From an uncultured Bacteroidales bacterium (GTDB taxonomy: Bacteria > Bacteroidota > Bacteroidia > Bacteroidales > VadinHA17), in the NCBI GenBank assembly GCA_963734885.1, contig CAVTIJ010000002.1:259977-323976 (forward strand): 64,000 nucleotides of DNA, read 5' to 3'. The position numbers were made by a program, and so were the translations under genes. How positions within the stretch are numbered: position 1 is the stretch's first letter; each line of letters opens with the position of its first letter. Shown here one piece after another: positions 38,796-48,425 of this stretch. The notes below the pieces were generated by a model that saw only the letters and a list, made by a program, of their open reading frames with translations, searched no databases and had not been told where the DNA came from.

Positions 38796-40112
38796 TTATT
38801 GGCGCTTTCTGTCAATTATTTTTTCTGCGTTTTCCGGTTTTGATGGTTCAATCAGCCCGGGCAAGGCATTTGAAACAATATTCAAAAGAGGTTTCCCCGT
38901 AAATACTTCAACAGTCCAGTCTTTTCTAATGTCCCTGTTTTCAGCATAAACTGTAAATATTACCGGATTACCATAGTTATTCGCTGTTTTGTTGCTGATC
39001 TGCAGCTTGCCTGCGACTTTAGCGAAAGCACCCGGGGAAAGTTGAAATACTGATTTCAAAGAACTCAGATCAGTACCTGCAGGCATTTCCACGCTTATCC
39101 TGTAGTTTACTGTGTCAATATAACTCAGTTTCTGACCGGGGATATTGAATTTTTCAATCTTAGCATTCTCAGATGCTTTATGCCAGTGAATAGGGTGAAG
39201 AAGAATAATGATTCTGTCACCCGGTTTAAGCTGACTCAGATCGAGCATTCCTATATTCCATCGCACTCCTTCAGTTATTACGGCGTCGGAATAAGCTTTG
39301 TTGTTATTCAGAAAATATGCTTCATATTCAAGACCAAAATCACTTAGATGAGCTTTCTTTATTTTTATCATATTCCCATCCTTTGGTACTGTTATATTAT
39401 TTTCGCGCCCGACAAGTATTGGATAACTGCACTCCTGGAAAAAGTAGAAGTTCATATAGTGATATGTTTTGCAGTAACCCGATCCGTGAGCGGCGGTCCC
39501 CACAATAGTTAAGCCGTTTGAGCGGAGCCAGTTTAATTCATTATGAAGGAAAACAACAGGATCAATATTGTATATAACCTGTAATGTGACCAGATCATTA
39601 TGCCAACCGATTTCAAAATGTTTTTCATTTTGCATCTTTTTCAGTATTGGAATGATCCTGTCGGAATGGACGGCCATATTATTCTGATCTGCAAGGTAGT
39701 ATGGAGCGGAATGCAAAATAAAATAAGTGGAACGGAAACCAAGATTTGACTCAATTTTAGAAAATTCATAAGCTACGTTGAGATCAACATCAACATCATG
39801 CCTCAAACCGATAACTATCTTTTTGCTATTTATAGTCTGCCGGAATTCGTTAAGAGGAAGAACAACATATTTGCTTGTATCAGATATCTTCTTTAGGAAC
39901 GAAGCATATTTTTGCCAAGTAAAATTTGTATCAGGAGCTACCGTATAAACCTGTTTCTCTTTAGCGGTATCCTGTTTAAGTGAAAAAATCTTCGGTAATA
40001 ATGTCAAACCGGCAGGACGATATTCCTGACCCGAAAGGATTGATCCTGTAAAGATATGAATGACAACAAAATATAGTATAATGTATAATTTTCTATTTAA
40101 TCCGTGAAGCAT
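38796..40112 (-). CDS. hypothetical protein, possible divergent polysaccharide deacetylase (CE4-like) fold
   Basis: 438 aa. GLRHDVDVDL resembles the RxDVD motif of ArnD-like deacetylases, and several HxxH-like sites are present. Weak call. Confidence 0.35.
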   Translation of the reverse strand: MLHGLNRKLYIILYFVVIHIFTGSILSGQEYRPAGLTLLPKIFSLKQDTAKEKQVYTVAPDTNFTWQKYASFLKKISDTSKYVVLPLNEFRQTINSKKIVIGLRHDVDVDLNVAYEFSKIESNLGFRSTYFILHSAPYYLADQNNMAVHSDRIIPILKKMQNEKHFEIGWHNDLVTLQVIYNIDPVVFLHNELNWLRSNGLTIVGTAAHGSGYCKTYHYMNFYFFQECSYPILVGRENNITVPKDGNMIKIKKAHLSDFGLEYEAYFLNNNKAYSDAVITEGVRWNIGMLDLSQLKPGDRIIILLHPIHWHKASENAKIEKFNIPGQKLSYIDTVNYRISVEMPAGTDLSSLKSVFQLSPGAFAKVAGKLQISNKTANNYGNPVIFTVYAENRDIRKDWTVEVFTGKPLLNIVSNALPGLIEPSKPENAEKIIDRKRQ

Positions 40113-40165
40113 AGATAAGTTTTATTATTCGCAATTAATGTGAATTTTGTTTACGCAATCGACAC

Positions 40166-42775
40166 TCATTTAAGCACCTTCTTAATATTATACAGTTTGT
40201 TCAGCGCTTCAACCGGAGTGAGATTATCAATATCAATTTCAAGAATTTCATCACGGATTTGTTTCAAAACCGGATCATCGAGCTGGAAAATACTTAACTG
40301 CATTCCTTCCCTGTGATCAGCCAGACCGGCAATTGGCTTTGACAATTCTTTTTTATCGTGACTCTGTTCAAGTTCTTTTAGTATTTCATCAGCGCGGGTT
40401 ACAACACTTCTGGGCATGCCCGCCATCCTGGCAACATGAATTCCGAAACTATGCTCGCTACCGCCTCTTTTCAACTTCCGCAAAAATATTACTTTATTAT
40501 TAAGTTCCTTTATTGATACGTTATAGTTTTTAACTCTTGAAAATGAATTCTCCATCTCATTAAGCTCATGGTAATGAGTGGCAAATAAAGTCTTGGCTTT
40601 AAATTTATTCTCATGCAGATATTCAACCATTGCCCACGCTATTGAAATTCCGTCATAAGTGCTTGTTCCTCTTCCTATTTCATCGAGCAATACAAGACTC
40701 CTGTCCGATAAATTATTCAAAATACTTGCTGTTTCGTTCATTTCAACCATAAAGGTCGATTCGCCGAGACTTATGTTATCCGATGCGCCAACCCTTGTAA
40801 ATATCTTGTCGATGACACCTATTTTTGCTGATTTAGCAGGAACAAAACAGCCGGTCTGAGCCATCAGCACAATCAGGGCTGTTTGTCGTAAAAGCGCAGA
40901 CTTCCCCGACATGTTGGGTCCGGTAAGTATGATAATCTGCTGATCTTCATCATCGAGAATTATATCATTCGGAACATATGACTCGCCAACCGGTAATTGC
41001 TTTTCAATAACAGGATGCCTCCCTTCTGTAACATTGAGTATTCTTGATTCATTAAGCTCGGGTCGTATATAATCATTTTCAGAAGAGATCACAGCAAATG
41101 ACCGGATACAATCAAGTTTTGCAACAAGGGTTGAGTTTAACTGAATTGGCGGAATGTACTCCAGGATGGCTAGCACCAGGTCGGAAAAAAGTTTGGCCTC
41201 GAGTGAAATGATCTTTTCTTCCGCACCCAGAATCTTACTTTCATACTCCTTCAGTTCCTCTGTTATATAACGTTCAGCGCTCACCAGAGTTTGCTTTCTT
41301 ATCCATTCAGCCGGCACCTTATCCTTATGTGTGTTCCTTACCTCAATGTAGTATCCGAATACATTATTAAAGCTTACTTTGAGGGAGGTTATCCCCGTTC
41401 GTTCACTCTCACGCATCTGTAATTCAGCAAGATAGTCCTTTCCATTATAAAGTATCCGGCGGAGTTCATCAAGTTCATCTGATATTCCCGATGCAATCGC
41501 ATTTCCTTTATTAAGTTGAACAGGCGGGTCGTTGTTCAGCTCTTTTTCTATACGTTCAGCTATAAGTTTGCATGGGTTTAGTTGTTCGGCAATTTTGGTA
41601 AGCGGAATACATTCACTTTTATTGCAAATCTCCTTCAGCGGTTCTATTGCCTGCAAAGCCCTTTTGAGCTGAACAACCTCCCTCGGATTAATCCTGTTTA
41701 CCGCAACCTTTGAGATCAGTCTTTCAAGGTCGCCGATCATCCTTATTAAACCTGCAATCTCTTCTCTTACAGCGCCCTTTTCGACAAAATACTGGACAAC
41801 ATCAAGTCTTTCATTTACCGGCTGAATATCCTTAAGAGGTAGCGAAATCCATCTTTTCAATAATCTCCCTCCCATCGGCGAGATTGTGCGGTCCATCACA
41901 TCAATGAGTGTTTTGGCCCCTTCATAAGGTGAGTGAAACAGTTCAAGGTTTTTAATAGTGAACTTATCGAGCCACACATATCTGTTCTCTTCTATTCTTG
42001 TAAGATTGGTAATATGTCCAAGCTGATCGTGCTGGGTTATATCGAGATAATACAAAATTGCTCCTGCGGCGATGATACCAAAATTCAGATTCTGTACTCC
42101 AAACCCTTTTAAAGAACTGGTTTCAAATTGTTTAAGCAACCTGTCATTTGCTGCTTCAGGGGTAAAGATCCAGTCATCAAGCTTAAAAGTGTAGAATTTA
42201 GGACCAAAATATTCAAGGAACTGTTCCTTCTTTGCTTTTTCATACAAAACTTCTTTTGGCTGAAAATTATTTAGCATCTGATCCACATACTCTATAGTAC
42301 CTTCCGAGGTAAGGAACTCTCCTGTGGATATATCTAAAAATGCCACTCCCGCAATTTTCTTATCAATGTGAACTGATGCAAGAAAGTTGTTTTCCTTGTG
42401 GTTCAATACATTCTCATTGAGTGATACACCCGGTGTCACCAGTTCTATTATACCCCTTTTTACAATTTTTTTTGTAAGCTTCGGATCTTCAAGCTGTTCA
42501 CAGATTGCAACTCTCTGGCCAGCCCTTACGAGACGCGGCAGATAAGTGTCGAGAGCATGATAAGGAAATCCGGCAAGTTCAATGAAGGTTTTTGAACCAT
42601 TGGCCCGACGGGTTAATGTAATCCCAAGAATTTCAGAAGTTTTGATTGCATCTTCACCAAATGTCTCATAAAAATCACCAACTCTGAAAAGCAGGATCGC
42701 ATCAGGATGTTTAGTCTTGATGTTATCATACTGCTTCATCAGCGGTGTTTCTGCATACTTCGGAAAATCAGACAT
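40166..42775 (-). CDS. mutS: DNA mismatch repair protein MutS
   Basis: 869 aa. N-terminal TPLMKQY...FYETFGEDA, Walker [31 protein letters not shown]. Confidence 0.97.
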   Translation of the reverse strand: MSDFPKYAETPLMKQYDNIKTKHPDAILLFRVGDFYETFGEDAIKTSEILGITLTRRANGSKTFIELAGFPYHALDTYLPRLVRAGQRVAICEQLEDPKLTKKIVKRGIIELVTPGVSLNENVLNHKENNFLASVHIDKKIAGVAFLDISTGEFLTSEGTIEYVDQMLNNFQPKEVLYEKAKKEQFLEYFGPKFYTFKLDDWIFTPEAANDRLLKQFETSSLKGFGVQNLNFGIIAAGAILYYLDITQHDQLGHITNLTRIEENRYVWLDKFTIKNLELFHSPYEGAKTLIDVMDRTISPMGGRLLKRWISLPLKDIQPVNERLDVVQYFVEKGAVREEIAGLIRMIGDLERLISKVAVNRINPREVVQLKRALQAIEPLKEICNKSECIPLTKIAEQLNPCKLIAERIEKELNNDPPVQLNKGNAIASGISDELDELRRILYNGKDYLAELQMRESERTGITSLKVSFNNVFGYYIEVRNTHKDKVPAEWIRKQTLVSAERYITEELKEYESKILGAEEKIISLEAKLFSDLVLAILEYIPPIQLNSTLVAKLDCIRSFAVISSENDYIRPELNESRILNVTEGRHPVIEKQLPVGESYVPNDIILDDEDQQIIILTGPNMSGKSALLRQTALIVLMAQTGCFVPAKSAKIGVIDKIFTRVGASDNISLGESTFMVEMNETASILNNLSDRSLVLLDEIGRGTSTYDGISIAWAMVEYLHENKFKAKTLFATHYHELNEMENSFSRVKNYNVSIKELNNKVIFLRKLKRGGSEHSFGIHVARMAGMPRSVVTRADEILKELEQSHDKKELSKPIAGLADHREGMQLSIFQLDDPVLKQIRDEILEIDIDNLTPVEALNKLYNIKKVLK

Positions 42776-42817
42776 CCCAGGTCGTCGGATTAATATGGTT
42801 TTTGAAGGACGATTTTA

Positions 42818-43067
42818 TTAATCACAAAGATAATTTTTTCTCTCGCAAAGAAGAAATGACCTAAAGTAATTATGCTTGTCATTTTTCCCCATTTACCCCC
42901 TTCCATTTTCCCCAAGGAGGAAAGGTTGCGTCCACTCCTTCCCCCTTGGGGGAAAGGTTGGGAAGGGGTAAAGGAACTATGGAGAACATACTGTAACTTT
43001 GTGTCTTAGTGGTAGCAAGAAAGAATTGAGCTCGCGGTTGCAATCCTTGTCGCAAGAAAGAATTCAC
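42818..43067. repeat. composite structured intergenic element (CACAAAG/GCAAGAAAG arms plus GC-rich hairpin)
   Basis: TTAATCACAAAG at 42818. Three GCAA(A)GAA(A)GAA copies (42845, 43014, 43052). Hairpin 42892-42972 has outer stem TTTACCCC(C)TTCC / GGAAGGGGTAAA and inner stem CCCCAAGG / CCTTGGGG. GGAAAGGTTG occurs twice. Confidence 0.7.
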
Positions 43068-43170
43068 TTATATAGCAAATCTCATAGAATCATTCAGTAC
43101 GTTTATTTAACTTGCTGAAGAAGAAATTAAGGAAATATGAAGAAGAGTTTTAATTCTTGGAGCTGGTCTT

Positions 43171-44475
43171 GTGGTTAAACCAATGGTTGAGTACCTGCTT
43201 AAAAACAATATAACTCTGATGATCGCCTCACCAATGAAGGATCGGGCCGACGAAATGATCAACGGGAATCCGCTTGGCTTTTCAGTCGACTGGTCAATGG
43301 ATGACCCGCGGATGCTTGATCAGCTTATCAAAGAATATGATATCACGGTCAGCCTTTTGCCATATAAATATCATTCCGCAGTTGCCAGGATTTGCCTGAT
43401 TCATGGAAAACCGCTCGTTACAACATCATATATACAACAGGAGATGATGGAGCTGAACCATGCAGCTGAAAAAGCAGGTTTGCTTTTCCTTAATGAGGTT
43501 GGTCTCGATCCGGGAATAGATCACATGACAGCCATGAGAATAATCGACCATATCCATGGTAAAGGTGGCAAAGTGGAGGAGTTCTATTCACTATGCGGGG
43601 CGCTTCCTGCACCCGAAGCCGCAGACAATCCCTTGAAATATAAGTTCAGCTGGAGTCCGAAAGGCGTTATACTTGCCAGCAGGAACAGTGCACTATATTT
43701 TAAAAAAGGGGAAAAAGTGCATATTGATACATCTGATATCTTCAAAGATACATTCATCTATAATTTTCCGGGAACAGGAGATCTGGAGGTTTATCCAAAC
43801 AGAGATTCCGTGAGCTATATCGACATCTATGGTATCCCGGAAACCATGACGATGTACCGTGGTACATTCAGGTATAAAGGCTGGTGTGAAACTCTCGATG
43901 TGATGAAAAGTCTTGGCATGCTCGATGATTCTGTAAAGAATTACCAGAATATGAGTTATGCAGAGTTTTTAGCAGATAGAGCAGGATTAGGGGATAAAGA
44001 TCTTAAACCCAATCTGGCTAAATTACTGGGCAGATCAGATAAAACAGCAACAGTAATCCAATCTCTTGATTTTCTGGGGTTTTTCAGCGATGAAAAGCTT
44101 CAGTATCATGAGACATCACCTTTTGAAATAACATCCGACAGAATGATAAAAAAGATGTTTCTGTCTGCCAATGAACGCGACATGGTTGTTTTGCAACATA
44201 TAGTTCTGGCATCTTATCCTGACGGCAACAGGGAAGTCATAAAATCATCCATGCTTGATTACGGATCTCCGGCTACGAATACATCGATTGCGCGAACTGT
44301 TGCTTTGCCTGCAGCAATATGTGTAAGGATGATTCTTGAAAACAGAATAAAAGCAAAGGGTGTCCGCAGACCTGTAATTCCTGAAATATACAATCCCGTC
44401 CTGGATGAATTAAAAACCCTGGGAATCGAAATGAAGGAAGAATACGGATTATCTGAAAGTGAAATGATAAAATAG
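43171..44475 (+). CDS. saccharopine dehydrogenase family protein (5' end out of frame with its ATG)
   Basis: 434 aa from GTG. The same frame continues upstream as RRVLILGAGLVV (Rossmann GxGxxG) to the TGA at 43138. The ATG at 43137 is in a different frame. See finding. Confidence 0.85.
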   Translation: MVKPMVEYLLKNNITLMIASPMKDRADEMINGNPLGFSVDWSMDDPRMLDQLIKEYDITVSLLPYKYHSAVARICLIHGKPLVTTSYIQQEMMELNHAAEKAGLLFLNEVGLDPGIDHMTAMRIIDHIHGKGGKVEEFYSLCGALPAPEAADNPLKYKFSWSPKGVILASRNSALYFKKGEKVHIDTSDIFKDTFIYNFPGTGDLEVYPNRDSVSYIDIYGIPETMTMYRGTFRYKGWCETLDVMKSLGMLDDSVKNYQNMSYAEFLADRAGLGDKDLKPNLAKLLGRSDKTATVIQSLDFLGFFSDEKLQYHETSPFEITSDRMIKKMFLSANERDMVVLQHIVLASYPDGNREVIKSSMLDYGSPATNTSIARTVALPAAICVRMILENRIKAKGVRRPVIPEIYNPVLDELKTLGIEMKEEYGLSESEMIK

Positions 44476-44481
44476 ATTTTT

Positions 44482-44564
44482 TTAACCACAAAGCACACTA
44501 AGCTAGGGGATAAACCATCTGTGTGAATTTTGTGTAAACCCCTTTGTAACCTTTGTGGTTAAAG
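44482..44564. repeat. full-length CACAAAG-type intergenic repeat with perfect 12-bp terminal inverted repeats
   Basis: TTAACCACAAAG (44483-44494) and CTTTGTGGTTAA (44551-44562). Internal TTTGTG units. It fills a 99-bp convergent gap. Confidence 0.8.
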
Positions 44565-44574
44565 GATTTCATTG

Positions 44575-45288
44575 TCAGAATTTTAGGTAGAAATCTTTCG
44601 TCAGGTTGATATAATCCTCTGTAAACTGATGCCTGCCATGTTCGATAGTAAGAAATTTTTCTGAAGGTGCTCTTTTGATTTTACTGAAAGAAAGTATTAA
44701 CCGTCTTATCTCACTTTCCGGCAAAGGTTTTATTTTCAACACATTATAGCAATATAATCCATATTTACTGGCATCTGCAATAAAAACATTCCCCTCAACA
44801 TAGGGCATTATTAACTCCAGCCTTCCATTCTCGTTCATTAATCTGATGACACCTTCCAGAATTTCGTCGGAGCTCAATGAATCATTATGCCGGGCTGCCG
44901 ATTTTCGGGGATCAGGACTTTTCAGTGAATTATAAAAATAAGGAGGATTTGTCACTATCAGATCAAACCTTTCGACGGGAGGATCGAAATTCCGCAGGTC
45001 TGTATTCGCTACTTTTATCCTGTTGCGCCAATCAGTTCGATTTACATTCTCGCAACACTGAATGTATGAATCGTTATCAGGTTCGATAGCAGTAATAGTC
45101 GCACTGCACCGCTGGGCCAGCATAAGAGATATCAGACCTGACCCGGCGCCAATATCAAGAATATTTGAAGCTCCGGTCAGATCAGCGCTGGCGCCAAGCA
45201 ATACTCCATCTGTTCCGACTTTAAAAGCCGATTTATCCTGGAAAATTGTAAACTGTTTAAAACTGAAATAACTATTGGCCATTATCAA
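44575..45288 (-). CDS. SAM-dependent N6-adenine methyltransferase, tRNA1(Val) m6A37 (YfiC/TrmN6)-like
   Basis: 237 aa. SAM motif ILDIGAGSGLISLMLAQR and catalytic VTNPPYF. Confidence 0.7.
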   Translation of the reverse strand: MIMANSYFSFKQFTIFQDKSAFKVGTDGVLLGASADLTGASNILDIGAGSGLISLMLAQRCSATITAIEPDNDSYIQCCENVNRTDWRNRIKVANTDLRNFDPPVERFDLIVTNPPYFYNSLKSPDPRKSAARHNDSLSSDEILEGVIRLMNENGRLELIMPYVEGNVFIADASKYGLYCYNVLKIKPLPESEIRRLILSFSKIKRAPSEKFLTIEHGRHQFTEDYINLTKDFYLKF

Positions 45289-45329
45289 TCCTGGAAACCT
45301 GTTAACTTTGTTGTGGCCAAATTACAGAT

Positions 45330-46100
45330 ATGAAGTTAAAAAAGGAAGAGCTGAAAGAGTTTTTAGATGAAAAGGTCGAAAAGTACAACCAACCTGCATT
45401 CATAGAATCGGATCCTATAAGTATTCCACATATTTACACCCGTAAAGAAGATATTGAAATTGCCGGCTTCCTTGCAGCCACCATAGCATGGGGAAATCGT
45501 AAGATGATACTCAGGAATGCCAACCGGATGATGGAGCTGCTTGATGACTCACCTTATGAATTCATAATGAATTTCGGGGAAGATGATATAGGAAGAATGG
45601 AGGGATTTGTCCACAGGACTTTTAATTCGACCGATATGACATTCTTCCTGAAAGCCCTTCAAAACATATACAGGCATAAAGGAGGACTTGAAACCATCTT
45701 CAGGTTACATATGACAGCAAATTCACTTCAGCCGGCCATACATGAACTTCATAAAGTATTCTTTGAGCTGCCTCATCAGAAAAGGACCGAGCGTCATGTA
45801 TCGGATACACGGAAGGGATCAGCAGCAAAAAAAATGAATATGTATCTGAGATGGATGATCAGGAAAGATAATAAGGGAGTCGATTTCGGAATCTGGGATT
45901 CAATTCCGCCATCGATATTATCATGCCCGCTGGATGTACATTCAGGCGATGTAGCCAGAAAACTCGGCCTGTTGAAGCGAAATCAGAATGACTCAAAGGC
46001 GGTCGAAGAGTTGGATATAGTTCTAAGAAGTTTTGATAAGAATGATCCTGTTAAGTACGACTTTGCCCTGTTCGGGCTGGGGGTTTTTGAAAACTTTTAA
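45330..46100 (+). CDS. conserved hypothetical protein (TIGR02757 / DUF2400-like)
   Basis: 256 aa. DPISIPH ... FLAATIAWGNRKMI ... CPLDVHS resembles that family from memory. Not verified. Confidence 0.5.
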   Translation: MKLKKEELKEFLDEKVEKYNQPAFIESDPISIPHIYTRKEDIEIAGFLAATIAWGNRKMILRNANRMMELLDDSPYEFIMNFGEDDIGRMEGFVHRTFNSTDMTFFLKALQNIYRHKGGLETIFRLHMTANSLQPAIHELHKVFFELPHQKRTERHVSDTRKGSAAKKMNMYLRWMIRKDNKGVDFGIWDSIPPSILSCPLDVHSGDVARKLGLLKRNQNDSKAVEELDIVLRSFDKNDPVKYDFALFGLGVFENF

Positions 46101-46287
46101 TAATATCTGTATTATTTCTGTATTATTCCTGACTTGTTTTTATTAAACAAATTAAGCTTTAGCATGTTAATATGATGAATAATGTTCATCTGGTATAGTA
46201 TTGCAGTAATTACATTATTACCTGCTGTGTGGAAAGGAGATGAAGGAACCGGAATTTTCAGCGCATTGATAATAAAATCATCATATT

Positions 46288-47157
46288 ATGAAAACAATTA
46301 TTGTTCCGCTCGATCTTTCAGATGAGTCATTAAATGGTCTGAATCTGGCAATAATGCTTGCTGCTAAAACCAGAGCTGATATTCTTTTGGTCCATGTTAT
46401 CAGCAAATATTCCGGCGAATATCACGCACAAATTGAAAAGGAGAATCAACATGTACAAGCAAAACTTGAAGAAATAATCAAAAAGTATAAAAACAAAGTC
46501 ACTTCAAAATTTACTATAAGCTATAAAATTAAAACTGGCAATATTTTCAGGGAAATAGCAGATCTCTCAGATAACTATGAAGATGCATTGACTGTGCTTT
46601 CAACACATGGTACATCAGGCTTTGAAGAATTGTTTATTGGTGGCAATGCCTACAAAATTACTTCACATTCGAGAAATCCGGTGATAACTGTCCGAAGCAG
46701 CAAGATACCTTCAGGTATTAATAATATAGTATTACCACTTGATATTACTTTTCAGACCAGAGAAAAGGTTCCATATACCGCTGCACTGGCGAAAGCTTTC
46801 GGTTCAAAAATTCATCTCATCACAATCAGTCTATCAAATTTAAGGAGTGTTGAAAAAAAGCTTCATCAATATGGAGAACAGGTAGCAGCGTATCTCGAAT
46901 TAAATAAAATCCCATGTACACTCTCATATCTTCATGGCAGTAACCTGACTGATTTAACACTGGATTATTCGAAAACAATCAATGCTGATTTGATTTCAAT
47001 AATGACAGAGCAGGAGAAGAGTGCTTCAAATTTGTTGTTAGGCAACTTTGCTCACCAGATGATTAACAAAGCTCTTATTCCTGTTTTATCCTTTCCAAAT
47101 TATCATCTGCGTGTAACAGCTGAGGATATCTGGACTCTGGGAGCATTTAATCCCTGA
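46288..47157 (+). CDS. universal stress protein, tandem Usp domains
   Basis: 289 aa. MKTIIVPLDLSDES ... LVHV ... LSTHGTSGFEELFIGGNAYKI, and a second half with IVLPLD. Confidence 0.8.
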   Translation: MKTIIVPLDLSDESLNGLNLAIMLAAKTRADILLVHVISKYSGEYHAQIEKENQHVQAKLEEIIKKYKNKVTSKFTISYKIKTGNIFREIADLSDNYEDALTVLSTHGTSGFEELFIGGNAYKITSHSRNPVITVRSSKIPSGINNIVLPLDITFQTREKVPYTAALAKAFGSKIHLITISLSNLRSVEKKLHQYGEQVAAYLELNKIPCTLSYLHGSNLTDLTLDYSKTINADLISIMTEQEKSASNLLLGNFAHQMINKALIPVLSFPNYHLRVTAEDIWTLGAFNP

Positions 47158-47293
47158 TTTCCATCTTTGAGAATTAATATGATAATGAATTACAAATAAA
47201 CACTAAGTTATAAAGTTATGAGCCCAAAATACGATTTCAAAGAAAGTCCTTATTGCATTAGATTATGACCCGACTGCGCAGAAAGTAGCAGAG

Positions 47294-47707
47294 GTGGGAT
47301 ATTCAATGGCAAAATCAATGAATGCTGAAGTAGCGCTGCTTCATGTAATAACAGATCCTGTATTTTATTCCTCTGCTGCATATTCACCGATAATGGGTTT
47401 TAACGGTTATATGGACATGTCTCCAGTGCTTTTAGATAGTGTTGAAGGACTGAAGAATGCATCACTTCAATATCTTGATAAATCAAAAGAACACCTCGGT
47501 GATAGTTCTATACAAACCTTTGTTAAAGAAGGTGATTTTGCAGAATCCATACTGGAGACGGCAAAAGAGTTGAATGCGGATATTATTGTCGTAGGATCAC
47601 ATAGCCGGAAATGGCTGGAAAATATTGTAATGGGGAGTGTTACGGAAAAAGTACTACACCATACAACAATCCCGCTTTTAATTATTCCGACTAAAAAGGA
47701 GGATTAG
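47294..47707 (+). CDS. universal stress protein (5' end out of frame with its ATG)
   Basis: 137 aa from GTG. The frame continues upstream as ISKKVLIALDYDPTAQKVAE to the TGA at 47219. The ATG at 47218 is in a different frame. C-terminal VVGSHSRKWLENIVMGSVTEKVLHH. Confidence 0.8.
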   Translation: MGYSMAKSMNAEVALLHVITDPVFYSSAAYSPIMGFNGYMDMSPVLLDSVEGLKNASLQYLDKSKEHLGDSSIQTFVKEGDFAESILETAKELNADIIVVGSHSRKWLENIVMGSVTEKVLHHTTIPLLIIPTKKED

Positions 47708-47710
47708 CTC

Positions 47711-48370
47711 TTAAGACTCATTTACGATCAGACCGTCTTTAATCTCAAGTATCCGGTCCGACATAGCTGCGAGCTGGCGGTCGTGTGTAACAATAATTAT
47801 TGTCTGTCCGAATGTATCCCTGAGTTTGAAAAAAAGTTTGTGAAGCTCATTTTTATTCTCGGTATCAAGATTCCCTGATGGCTCATCGGCAAGTATAACG
47901 GAAGGATTATTTACAAGAGCCCTGGCGACTGCTACTCTTTGCTGTTCACCTCCACTTAATTCTGACGGTTTGTGTTCGAGTCTGTCTTCAAGATTAAGGA
48001 ACCCAAGTAATTCGGACGCTCTTTTTTCAGCTTCACTTTTACTTTTTCCGGCAATATATGCTGGTATACAGACATTTTCAAGTGCCGTGAATTCAGGAAG
48101 AAGCTGGTGAAACTGAAAGACAAATCCTATATGGCTGTTCCTGAACGCTGCAAGAGCCTTGCCTTTAAGCCGGCTAATATCAGAATCGTTATAGTAAACA
48201 CTTCCTCCGTCGGGACGATCAAGCGTTCCTATAATCTGCAGAAGAGTTGTTTTACCAGCTCCGCTGGCACCTACAATTGTGACCACCTCCTTATCGGGTA
48301 TCCGGATATCGATTCCCTTAAGTACCTTAAGGTTGCCGTAGGCTTTAGTGATTCCGGTTGTAGTGATCAT
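47711..48370 (-). CDS. ABC transporter ATP-binding protein (LolD/MacB-ATPase type)
   Basis: 219 aa. Walker [10 protein letters not shown], signature LSGGEQQR, Walker [12 protein letters not shown]. Confidence 0.9.
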   Translation of the reverse strand: MITTTGITKAYGNLKVLKGIDIRIPDKEVVTIVGASGAGKTTLLQIIGTLDRPDGGSVYYNDSDISRLKGKALAAFRNSHIGFVFQFHQLLPEFTALENVCIPAYIAGKSKSEAEKRASELLGFLNLEDRLEHKPSELSGGEQQRVAVARALVNNPSVILADEPSGNLDTENKNELHKLFFKLRDTFGQTIIIVTHDRQLAAMSDRILEIKDGLIVNES

Positions 48371-48425
48371 AATTTAAGGCAGGAAGCAGGGATGTAGAAT
48401 CCTACGTCCCTGCATTTTTTCGTTA

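Noticed and set aside
42915-42930. GGAGGAAAGGTTGCG resembles the RNase P RNA CR-I block GAGGAAAGUCC, inside a non-coding gap of about 395 nt.
   Set aside because: The match breaks after GAGGAAAG. No other conserved RNase P blocks (for example ACAGAACCCGGCUUA, or AGGGUGAAA..GGUAAGAGC) are present in 42776-43170.
43076-43170. A lysine riboswitch upstream of the saccharopine dehydrogenase gene.
   Set aside because: The region is short and AT-rich, with none of the conserved L-box helices or the GAGGCGC-type core that I could identify.
46182-46325. An unannotated 47-codon ORF (MFIWYSIAVITLLPAVWKGDEG...) with one hydrophobic helix, overlapping the start of the first Usp gene.
   Set aside because: It is short, overlaps the Usp start in another frame and has no supporting signal. 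It cannot be separated from chance without conservation data.
48375-48420. A hairpin GCAGGGATGTAG / CTACGTCCCTGC followed by ATTTTTT between tatA and the ABC ATPase.
   Set aside because: The T-run is on the plus strand while both flanking genes are on the minus strand, so it is not a convincing terminator for either gene. It is noted only as a structure.
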